Positions 12,344 to 23,917 of a DNA stretch of 47,563 bases are shown here, in pieces. The stretch's first letter is position 1. Every line of letters begins with the position of its first letter. Origin of the DNA: Chromera velia (lineage: Eukaryota); assembly GCA_018398765.1 (NCBI GenBank), contig JAHBMJ010000436.1, positions 1 to 47,563 on the forward strand. The letters are read 5' to 3'. The notes under the pieces are model-generated. The model saw nothing but the letters and a program-made list of their open reading frames with translations, was not told the origin of the DNA and did no database searches. Position numbers and translations under genes: made by a program.

Positions 12344-14097
12344 AAAGGCAGGCACGCATCAGAATTTCAAAGAGAGAAGGAGGGAGACGGAAGCACAAGG
12401 CAGGTACGCATCAGAATTTCAAAGAGGGACGGAGGCACAAGGTAGGCATGCATCAGAATTTCAAAGAGGGACGGAGGCACAAGGTAGGCATGCATCAGAA
12501 TTTTAAAGAGGGAAGGAGGCAAAAGGCAGGCATGCATTAGAATTTTAAAGAGGAGAAGGAGGGAGAAGGCAGACACGCATCAGAATTTCAAAGAAGAAAA
12601 GGAGGAAGAAGGCAGGCACGCATCAGAATTTCAAGGAGGGAAGGAGGGAGAAGGCAGGCATGCATCAGAATTTTAAAGAGGGAAGGAGGGAGAAAGAAAG
12701 AAAGGCAGACACGCATCAGAATTTTAAAAAGGGAAGAAGGGACATGCAGGCACGCATCAAAATTTTAAAGAGGGAAGGAGACAGAAAGAAGGAAAGGCAG
12801 GCACGCATTAGAATTTCAAAGAGGGAAGGAGGGAGACGGAGGCACAAGGCAGGTACGCATCAGAATTTCAAAGAGGGACGGAGGCACAAGGTAGGCATGC
12901 ATCAGAATTTCAAAGAGGGAAAGAGGTAAAAGGCAGGCACGCATCAGAATTTTAAGGAGGGAAGGAGGGAGAAGGCAGGCACGTATCAGAATTTCAAAGA
13001 AGAGAAGGAGGAAGAAGGCAGGCACGCATCAGAATTTCAAGGAGGGAAGGAGGGAGAAGGCAGACACATATCAGAATTTTAAAGAAGAGAAGGAGGAAGA
13101 AGGCAGGTACACATCAGAATTTCAAGGAGGGAAGGAGGGAGAAGGCAGGCACGCATCAGAATTTTAAAGGGGGAAGGAGGGAGAAAGAAAAAAAGAAAGA
13201 AAGGCAGGCATGCATCAGAATTTCAAAGAGAGAAGGAGGGAGACGGAGGCACAAGGCAGGTACGCATCAGAATTTCAAAGAGGGAAGGAGGCATAAGGTA
13301 GCCATGCATCATAATTTCAAAGAGGGACGGAGGCACAAGGTAGGCATGCATCAGAATTTCAAAGAGGGAAGGAGGCAAAAGGTAGGCACGCATCAGAATT
13401 TCAAAGAGGAGAAGGAGGGAGAAGGCAGATACGTATCAGAATTTCAAAGAAGAGAAGGAGGAAGAAGGTAGGCACGCATCAGAATTTTAAGGAGGGAAGG
13501 AGGGAAAAGGCAGGCACGCATCAGAATTTTAAAGAGGGAAGAAGGGAGAAAGAAAGAAAGAAAGAAAGACAGGCACGCATCAGAATTTCAAAAAGGGAAG
13601 AAGGGACATGCAGGCATGCATCAAAATTTCAAAGAGGGAAGGAGGCAGAAAGAAGGAAAGGCAGGCACGCATCAGAATTTCAAAGAGGGAAGGAGGGAGA
13701 CGGAGGCACAAGGCAGGCATGGATCATAATTTCAAAGAGGGACGGAGGCACAAGGCAGGCATGCATCAGAATTTCAAAGAGGGAAGGAGGGAGAAAGAAG
13801 GAAAGACAGGCACGCATCAGAATTTCAAAGGAAGGATTAAGGAAAAAGGCAGACACGCATCAGAATTTCAAAGAGGGATGGAGGTATAAGGCAGGCATAT
13901 ATCAGAATTTCAAAGAGGGAAGGAGGCAGAAGGTAGGCACGCATCAGAGTTTTAAAGAAGGAAGGAGGCAAAAGGCAGGCACACATCAGAATTTCAAAGA
14001 AAGAAGGAGGCAAAAGGCAGGCACGCATCGGAATTTCAAAGAGGGAAGGAGGTAGAAGGCAGGCACGCATCAGAATTTCAAAGAAGGAAGGAGGCAA
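9530..14097. repeat. 4.6 kb minisatellite: conserved core AAGGCAGGCACGCATCAGAATTTCAA with variable purine-rich linkers (~42-43 bp units, roughly 100 copies)
   Basis: Direct reading; spurious ORFs translate as repeated KAGTHQNFKEGRRE-type peptides with frame switches. Confidence 0.97.
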
Positions 14098-15719
14098 GAC
14101 AGACAGACAGGTAGACAGAAAGACAGATAGAAAGACTGACGGAAAGTGAAGTCTCTTTGTGAAGACCCGTAGCAGGTAGGCGCTGCAGAGATCGGAAGAG
14201 AGAAGGTCGGCCTCCTACCAGAAGAAGCGAGAGGCATGTGAGAGGCAACAGATATGGGCAGAAAAGTCTGAGAAAGTCTGTGAACTATTCCGAAGAAAGA
14301 GACCTGCCAAAACAAGAATACGATGAGACAGGTGAACTTACACGCACTCGATATGAGCTTGTGGGGGTGCCAAAGGCTCATAGAGGAGAGCGAGCGAGTG
14401 CAGAGAAAGACGAGCGGCACAGAGGATGCCCTTTCAACATACATGCATGCAACGAAGTATAACGGTCTTGAAATAGGCCCAAGTACTAATACATAAATCT
14501 AATAAAAAGTCTGACGGCTATATTCATATAGGTCCTGGAAATCTGGTCACGGGTTTATGCCCTTCGCGTGGCGCCTTTATAGGCGTCAGATTCATGTTGA
14601 TGCCTCGTGATTTGCGGTCAAACCTTATATAGGGCCCGTCAGATTTCAGAAATCTTTCGCCCGTCAGATTTCCTATATAATCGGTTTTTTGGCCAAGCCC
14701 GCCCGGCGCATGCCCGGCGCGACGTGCCGCGGACCGCGGGCCCGTGCATGGTCGACTGCATGCATGCATACATATGATATGTAATGTCCCTACAGAACAT
14801 GCCGTGGCCCTCAGGGGTGAGATAGGGTGAGAGCACTGAGAGGTGCGCCCATGATCGTAGTATATGCATGCAACAGGTTCCCCTTCCCATATTAATATAT
14901 GGTGCATGACAAAACCCTCAATCACGGTTGTTGGCTGCGCAAAGGCGTAGCCGCGGTATCTGTAAATGCCATAGATGGCCGGAGACGGCTAGACGGGCTT
15001 CAAGACCTAGCTTCAAGACGGTTGAGAAGAAGAAATAAGAAGAGCTCTGCTATTAGATACGTTTGCTAATAAGAAAATTAATGACGTACAAGGACTTCGC
15101 TAATACATGGTATTAATGTGAATAAACGCGAAAGAGAAAATGAAATTGTAACCATAGCAATACATTACTGATAAATCTTTAACAACTTATTTTTGCTTAT
15201 GAAAAAAAAAAATCTCAGTGCTCCCCGCTTACATTTACTTACATTTTTATTTTTTATTTACGGAGTCAATATATAGGTCTTTTACATACAGACACATATG
15301 CTGTAATGTTTCTTTCATTTACTTTCATTTATATTTTGGCCATTCTAGTAGTAGCATAGTAGCATATGTAGTAGCCAAACATTATATACGCCTTCTATTA
15401 TCAACTTGCTCTTTTAAATCATCTAGCTATGACTGAGACTGTGAGCTAGTCTATAAAATGTTTGAACATAATATTATACAAGTCCCAAACTACACGCTTG
15501 CTACGCTTACGATATTAGTTGCTATAGTTGAGTGTGCTCACTTACTCACTCACTAACACACTTAGTCACTGACTCATTGAGTCATTCTTGCTTTACTCAC
15601 TAATTCACTCACTCACTGTCTTACTTGCTCACTCACTTACTCTGTTATTTTCTCTGTCTCTCTTCGATTACTCACCCATATACCCAAAGTTAACGGCTTC
15701 TATCAACACTCTCATATCA

Positions 15720-17125
15720 ACACGCCCGAACGGCTTTTGTTCACACACTCGCTCTCTCTGCCTCTCTTCGTTTATTTCTATTTACCCACAAGCCCTAGCG
15801 GCTTGAAGTTCTGTTTACACACTGAGTTTCATTCTCTCTTAGTGATAGGCTGTCTCTATTTATGCAGATATCTACACGCCCATGCAAATATCTTCTGCTG
15901 ACATGCTTGTATGAGTCCTTGTCCCTCTTCATTCACCCACACGCCCAACCCGGTCCGGCTCCTGTTTACCTAGCTTATTCACACCGGTTCATACACTCGC
16001 TTTCTTTGTCTGTGTTTATACACCTACACGGTGACCGTCGTGATGCCCCAAATGGCTTCTGTTTACACACTCGCTCTCCATGTCCCTCTTCATTATTCTT
16101 CATTGATTCACTGCATGAGGCCCAAGCGGCTTCTGTTCACACACTCGCTCTCCTTGTATCTCCTTGTCTCTCTTCATTTACCCACACGCCCAAACGGCTT
16201 CTGTTCACACACTTATTCTCCTTGTCTCTCTTAATTTATCCGCAGGCCCAAGCGGCTTCTGTTTACGCATTTGATATCTCTTCATTCATCCACAGACCTA
16301 GCCATAGGCCCGAACGGCTTTTGTTCAATGACACACAATTGATCCCTCTTTATTCATCCACGGGCCCAAACAGCTCTTGTTCCTAGCTTCTGTTCACATA
16401 CTCACTCTCCTTGTTTCTCTTTCTTCGCCCGCATGCCCAACCGGCTTCTGTTCACACACTCATTCTCCTGTATCTCCTTGTCTCCCTTCATTCATCCACA
16501 CGCCCAAGCAGCTTCTGTTCATACAGTCGCTCTCCTTGTATCTCCTTGTCTCCCTTCATTCACCCACATGCCCAAGCGGCTTCTGTTCACACACTCACTC
16601 TCTTTGTATCTCCTTGTCTCCTTTCATTCACCCACACGCCCATACGGCTTCTGTTCACACACTTATTCTCCCTGTCTCTCTTCACTCATCCATAGGCCTA
16701 AGCGGCTTTTGTATGTTTCTGTTCACACACTTGATCTCTCTTCATTCATCCACAGGCCTAACCAGCAGCCCAAGCAGCTTTTTTTCAATAACACACAATT
16801 GATCTCTCTTCATTCATCCATGGACCCAAGCGGCTTCTATTCATATATTCGTTCTCCTTGTCTCGCCTGCACGCCCAAACGGCTTCTGTTCACAAACTCA
16901 TACATACTCATAAACACGCGTGCTCTCTCCGTCTCTTTTCATTCATCCACCTGTAAGCCTAAGCAGATTCTGTTACTGCATACACTTCCTTTTCATACCC
17001 CTCTTTCTCCATACACACGCACGCCTAAACATTTACCCACACGCCCAAACGGCTTCTGACAGTGTTCATACACTTGCTTACCTAGCTTTATCCACAGGCC
17101 CAAACGGCTTCTGTTCACATTTCTC
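15720..17125. repeat. Degenerate ~68 bp tandem repeat (CCCAAGCGGCTTCTGTTCACACACTCGCTCTCCTTGTATCTCCTTGTCTCCCTTCATTCACCCACACG)
   Basis: Copies at 68 bp spacing at 16435, 16503, 16571 and 16639 (also 16121, 16189); more decayed at the flanks. Confidence 0.9.
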
Positions 17126-18257
17126 CCTCTTGAACTCACCAAGCGCTGGACCCATACGCGGTGAGCCTCTCCACAATATTTCAAAGTGAATACTACAGCA
17201 TCCACAGTGATACACACTATATATAGACAGTATTTTGTATCCCAAATCCTTAAGTGGAGGTAGAAGAAAGTCGAGAAACCAGGTGCCGAAGAACAATGAG
17301 AGGGGCCAAGTAGAGAGAAAGAAGACGGGCAAAAAGAGGTTCCTGCAGATCAAATTAACCGTTTTTCCTCTTTGTCAAGCGTACTCAGTCGTGGTGCGGC
17401 TTACTCCTAACTTTGTAAGGTGACATGTCTTAACTTGCTACTGAGCTTGGTAGCATAGTCAAACAACGGAGCAATTCAGAACAGCTTCACTTAGACGGTA
17501 TGCTTTATCGCCTTCCTTGAAAACTACACAGATGATCGAATCTACGTACAATTCCCCTCCATGTGTGTTTTTGCATATGTACCGATACATCAAGGTTAGA
17601 GAAAAGGTGCATGTTCGCCATGCACGCGCTGTACAGTTGCCGGAAAGCGCGGGTCCCGAAAGGCAAATGTAACCCGATTTATTGGTAATTCGACTTTTTT
17701 TTTTCCATGGGTGTGGCTAAGGGCCTTAACAGATACCATGGCCGGGGGCCACGGCATTGCAAGGTCGGTCCTCGGCCGCGCGGGCCCGCACGCTGGGGCC
17801 ATGCCATTTCTGCATGTGCAGACTCCCAGTCACTCCCTCTCTTTCTCTCAGTCTCTCCATGTCTCTCCATGATGATCGTCAATGATCGTCGATATGGTCT
17901 GTGAGATTTTCTTGAATTCGCGGTCCCGCCAAGAAAAGCTGCTAGCTGCATCAGTGCTGTATGAATATACCGATGAAAAAGACGTCTTTCAGCGAGACAC
18001 AACGGCCTTGCAAATCTGTGGTCAACTGATTGAGTCGATCCAGTAGATTGCAGAGACAATCTCTGGTGGTATTTAAAGGTGGAAAGTCTTCAGTTTCCAG
18101 CTCTGAACAAAGAAAGACACGGGCGGTCATTCACCGACAACGCTTGCTGTACAGGCGCCAGCTGCATCCATCTACGAGTTTTTGATCTCCTGGAACCGTT
18201 TTTGTCACATTTTCATTTGTTCACGTGAAGTTTCTTGTGAGCTCTCGTGAGCGAAGC

Positions 18258-21200
18258 ATGGAGACACAAGAGAAAGAAAACCCAAAGAAAAGGGTTTCAG
18301 AGGCTGCCTGTGCGGAGCTGGAATCCTTGACAAAGAAGGACAAAAAGGATTTGAGGGAGTCGAAATCCTTCACTCTTGTTTTTGGGGAGAACACGACGAC
18401 TCGCGTGCTCTACGATCCGGAGAGAGACGGTCCGGATCTCCAAAAGTTCCTGGTGGGTCATTCAAGCAAGTGGCAAGAAGAGAAATGATTTACGGTGCAC
18501 TGAAATGTTTGCCGACAGAAAGATTTGAAAGTCTTGTTTGATGGTTGGAGAATCTTCTTTTGAGATCCACGGGCTTTGCTGCGTACACGTCTCCAAATAC
18601 CTTGATGTATATCTGGTCCCTTGACTTCCGTCAGGCGATCTGAAAATATCATACCATCAACAGCTGTCCCACCGTCCTCAGACAAGTGTGCGACGAATGA
18701 ACAAGAGAATTGAGTACATCGATACACTACACGTGTGATGGCATTGGCGTACCCGTGGGTGTGGACGGAAGATCCGTCAGTCTTCTGTCTGCATTATGAA
18801 ATTTACCTTCTCCCTCTCCCCGCCCCGTTTCGTCTCAGAACGACGAGGTGGCCCGTTACATGCCAAAGAAGCTGAAGGGCGTGAACACGGATCTGTACTT
18901 CCCCAGACCGTACAGACTCGCAGACCGCAACGAGAAGGGCAAGATGGTGCTCTTCGGTCAGTGAGTCAGTTGGTCGGTGGGTCGGGTTGTCTAAGTTTTT
19001 CATGATCGCGAGTTGCAGATCCAGACCAGAAGAAGCATCGGCAGTCACACAAATGGCACGATTGGCATTTGGAAACAGACAAACATTCATTGAACAGCCC
19101 TCGTTGAGAGAACCCGCCATCTCCTTGCTGTTCGTCTTTCCGTCTGTTCGTGCATGCACCCACTGAATTGTGGACAAACACAACAGGTCATGCTCACAAC
19201 CATAGCCCTCAGTACACATCTACACCCGAGCCCCTTCTTCTCCTTCTCTTTCTCCTTCTCCTTGTTCTTCTTTGGCACAGGTCCTCTCGAGAGTGTCGAT
19301 TGCGACTTTGTCCTGAGGGAAGTTACGAACATTGCCGTTCTGCCTGTGAGGGGGTCCGGGAAAGGGCAGAAAATACCCCCAAATTGCCAGTGCTTTCCTG
19401 CCGACATGTACCGTAATGTGGACTTCACAGTGCGCAGCCTCAAGCCACGACACGCTGCAGCCAAGCGCGGTCTACCGAAGAAGAAGAAGAAGAAGAAACC
19501 AAAGGCAGAGGGAGTGGAGAGATCGGATGTGAATACGCAGGAGGTGGGTGTGGAAGGACGGGAAGTGCAGCAGTCGGCCAGTTCAGAAGTTCCTACTGGA
19601 GGCCCCCCCCCTCAGAAGAAGTGCGGGCGGGGCCGCCCCCGAAAGAACCCCCTGCCTGTGCCCATTCTTCTCTCCGCACCGCCGCCACATCATGCCCCCA
19701 CCCTTCCCACGACAACTCCAAGACAAGAGACAGAGGTCGAAAGACACGAGACGGAGGGGCTTTCACAGGCCTCGCCTACCGAAGCCTCCTCCTCAGCGTC
19801 GGCGGGCCCGAGTCCCGTTTCCGGCACAGATGGAGGACTGGATGGCAGCAGAGGCTTCAAACCGTTGTCATCAAAGGCTGTGGCAGTGAAAGTCACTCAC
19901 ATGTCCACAGGGAACAGCCGAATCTTCAATGGCGTTCGGAGAGCTGCCGACGCTTTGGGAGTGAATGCCTCCACTGTCAGCAGGGCCCTTCAGCACAAGG
20001 TAGGCCTGGGGGGGAAAACCAACAAGACGGTGGGGTTTGAGATCACTCCCCTGAGTGCTGAACAGGCGGGGGGGTCCCCGCGTTCCAGCGGTGGAGAGGG
20101 GGCAGCTGCGGCGTCGACCTCGTTTCTGGCTGCCCCCCCTCCGAGGTGTGAGCCAAAGAAAACAAACCCCGTGGAGAAAACGAAACAAAAGAAAACGAAA
20201 GAAACGGAGGGGTCTTCACATGCCTCCTCTGCCCAAGCCGCCCTTCCTCAGAAGCGCAAACGAGGCCGTCCCCGAAAGTACCCTCTCCCAGGGCCTCTAG
20301 TGTTTCAGCCTGCACTGCTACAGCCTACGCAGCTGCCCACGACCACTGTTGTCAGACACGAGACGGAGGAGGGAGGAAAACAGGAGGACCATCAGAGTCA
20401 GGAGGTGGAGATGCCGTTTGCACAAGCCCCCCTTGCTGACGTTTCCCCGGCTGCCCGTGAGGACCCACTTCCCGATCCTGCACTCGAATCCGCACCAGCA
20501 TACGCCGCCTGCACCATTCCCACAACCGCTACTACCAGCCACGGCACCCAGAGTGAGGAGGATAGACAGGAGACGGAGGACTCAGAAATGCAGGTGGGGG
20601 TCGGCAGATACGAGGAAGAAGAGATGGGAAGAGAGGTGACGGGGGAGGGAGATATTCAGAGGGATGTTGGGGAAAGCAGTGGGGGGGGGGAAGACTCAGA
20701 CGCTCCCCTGTCAGGGGCAGGGGGGAAAAAGGTGTCGAAACCCCAAAACGCCCAACCGAAAGCAATGGCCAAGAAGACCCCTGCCCGTTCTTCCACTGTT
20801 TCCAAATCCCCCGCGCAGGCAGCTGGGGGAGGGGCCCGCCGGTCCTTCAGCCGTCAGACCACCCGAGACATGACGATCGATGAAAACCTCTCACCAGAGG
20901 TCCCTGTGGACGTTTTCGCTTCCCCTTCTCCAGCCCCACCATCAGCGTCAGCAGGCGGCAGTGCACAGGCGAAGGGAAGCGCGAAGTCGAAGGCCAAAGC
21001 GGTCAGTCGGTTTTCTCTGAGTGGAGGGAAGGGCGGGGAAATGGTATTATTCATCCTATTTCGTCGAAAGAGTGCCCGATTTGTTGCTCATCTCAAACGA
21101 AGGATAGATCGGTGCTCAGACTCTGTTGGGGGTTGCGATGTGTGAAGATTTCCGTTTGTGGTGGTCTTTATATATTTGTGTTTCCTGACTTTCCTCCCTC

Positions 21201-21539
21201 TTCCGTTTTCTTCTTTCCTTTTCTCTTCTCTGTTGTGCTACAGACATCTTCATTTTCATCTTGAGAACCCCAAAGTCCTCCCGTTTTTTTCTTCAGTCTT
21301 CCAGCTTTCTTGCGCACGTACCTTTTCTTTTTTTCTCTTTTTGCCTAAATGTCCCTCCACCTGTCTGTCTGTCTGCCCATCTCTTTTGTTTGATTGCAGA
21401 AAGCCGCCGTGTACTCTCGCATCCTGGGCTGCAAGTTGCTCAAGAGGGGGGAGACCACAGAGGATCGGGTGGAGGAGGACCTCGAGAGTGTGAAGGGATT
21501 CGAGAGCGGGACTCGTCAGTCAATTCAGTCGACAAGGAT

Positions 21540-21571
<32 letters not shown>

Positions 21572-23886
21572 GCCGTTCGCTGTGTGTGAGTGTGTGTGTG
21601 AAGCTCCCTCCCCCTGTATCCCCTGTCTTTATACCAAAAAGGGGAAAAAGAGAAGGAAAAAAGGAGACCGCCTGATTGGGTGACTGTGCAACAAAGCTCT
21701 ATAGAAGTGTGGCCGGAGAGCACTTTACAGCGCGAGAGAGACCTCCCCCCAAAAATGGATTTTCGCGAATGACTGTATGATATGGAAGAAGGAGGAAAGA
21801 ACCCGCATGACCGTCTGCCTGCCATAAACAAAGAACTGCAGTAGCTGGTCCTCTCAGAAACGGAGAAGCGCGGAAAAGGAAGATAAATAAAACCTTCTGT
21901 GGGTGCACGACTGAATGCATGCATGAATGCATCTGCAGGGAACATTTTGGGATGGCTCTACGACAACCCGCACACTCTGGTGGGCACAGTGGAGGGTCTG
22001 CTGATGGTGATCGACCAGAAGATTTCGCTCGGGCAGTTTGCTGACGGAGAGGAGACGTCCAGGTCTGTCGGAGCGAAGGAAGCAGTGGTCTGTTATTCCC
22101 TTCCTTCCTGCCTGCCTGCCTGCCTTCATTCCTTCCTTCCTTGGGACCTTTCGTAATGACGCTGCTCTTTCTCTCCCCAATCCATTCTTCTATCTAGAGA
22201 AGAGGCAAAGAAGCACAGCGATGCAGTCGAGCTATCGGTTCGGGCAACAAGCACAGCACAGTCTGTTCAAAAACCCCAAAACGTTTTTTTCTATACGCAG
22301 GATGGTCTGTCTGCCTGACGCTTTCATTCATTTATTCATTCATTCATTCTTTCTTTCTTTCTTGCTTTCTTTCATTCTTTCTTTTTTTCTTTCTTGCTTG
22401 CTTTCTCTCTTTGTCCGCAGAACCATACTGACTTTTACCGACAAGGAGATGAAGCAGAAAAGCGCGTTTGAGAAAGTGGTGGACGAGCAACTGATGCTGG
22501 AAGTCCTCAAGTTGGAACTCTGCGAGAGACGCGCCCTCTGTCTCCTCGCTCAGAAGAACCTGGAGGAATCGGAAGAGGTCAGGAGGAGAGAAAGAAAGAC
22601 GGAAGGAAAAAGAAAAAAGCAACAATCTCTTGGGCCACCCTCTCAGCCCGCTCAATTCGCTTTCTCGACGCTGCGGTGCCGTGGCGTCATTTTGCTTTGA
22701 TCGCCGTGTCTCCATGTGGCGTGCTTGCTTGCTTGCTTCAGCCCTTTGACCACTAGACGGCTTCTCCGTTCGTCTGGCTGGCTGTCTGGCTGTCAGTCCG
22801 TCTGAAGAAAAGAAGGGAGAAGAAGAAATATTTGGTCTGGCTGGCTGGCTTGCTGGCTGGCTGGCTGTGCATTGTTTCCTTTGGGTCGATGCTTGTGTCG
22901 ACTGTCTGGTCGTGCATCTTGCCTGCCTGTCTGCCCAGTTGTCGAACCCTGCGCCTGAGGCTTGTCTGTCCGAAAAGCCGTTTCCTCGCACTGCAAATCA
23001 GTACATTGCGTCAAGACCACCCGCTCTCTCATCGCTTTGAACGATCCGTGTGCTCATGCAACCTCATTCAGATCCTGACGTATGCTCTGAAGAGAGCGGA
23101 GGTGCTCGTGCTGGAGCCGACATTCGGTCAGTCTGCCCAACAACTCGGCTTCCTTTCTTGATTGTTTTTCCTTCCTTCCTGCCTTCCTGCCTTTGTTCTA
23201 ACCAACCTGGCATGCAGAGCTGCATGCGTCCATTCGTTCTCAAAGTACCGTCTTTCACGTACTTGTATGCACGCAGTTATTCTTTCTCTCTGGTGGTGTC
23301 ACGTAAGGGCGAATTTGAATTGCAAAGACTAGAAGGTGGATGCCATCTCTCTAAATCTCCCTTGTTTTGTTGTGGATTTGGTCGTTGAACTCTTTCTACG
23401 GTCTGCTGTCGTGGCTGGTCTGCAGTTCCTTCGTCATCCAGTTCTTTTCTTTTCTGCAGTGTGTGCACACACTCTCAATGACCCTTTTCTTCTTCTTCCT
23501 TTCTTCTCTCTCTTCCTCCCCTGCAGAGAAAACTGCGACCCGCATCCTGAAGGAATTGTTCGAGCTGGACCTCCGGTATCGGCTCCGACTGCTGCTGTTC
23601 AGATCGCATATCCTGAAGTGCTTCGTGGGGTGGAGCATCGGGAAGAAGCCGGGAAATACTTCACTCGAGATGTCCTTCGTCAGTCAGTGCGTGTGCGTGT
23701 TGGGGTGCGTGTTTCTTTTGTCAATGTGTTTTGTTGGGTTTGCGCACGTCCAGGGGACTGTGTGCGCTTATGACGGTGACGCGTTCGTTGTGTTTTTCTC
23801 ATCTCAGAGGGCGTGACGTGATGCCTCACGGACTTGCTTGTTGCGTTGCCTTCCACCCCCCCTCCCCCCCCCCCCNNNNNNNNNNN

Positions 23887-23917
<31 letters not shown>

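Larger units (their letters stand above)
7995..14680 (-). mobile_element. Putative decayed tyrosine-recombinase (Crypton-like) element or other DNA transposon with subterminal motifs; boundaries approximate
   Basis: AAATCTGACGG(N)CTATA-like motifs at ~8000-8031 and, mostly inverted, at 14507-14671. Internal GTHSFRKG..RGKW remnant on the minus strand; internal minisatellite. Confidence 0.4.

Noticed and set aside
9530..14097. CRISPR array (conserved repeat + spacers)
   Set aside because: Linkers are low-complexity, mutually related and reused; there are no cas genes or leader, and the context is eukaryotic.
9530..14097. Tandem hammerhead ribozymes or C/D snoRNAs (minus strand has CTGATG and GAAA)
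   Set aside because: Core reads CTGATGC rather than CTGANGA/RTGATGA, and the pyrimidine linkers cannot form the required stems.
14933..14952. Hairpin GGCTGCGC-AAAG-GCGTAGCC as a Helitron 3' end or terminator
   Set aside because: No CTRR at the expected distance on either strand and no U-tract; insufficient alone.
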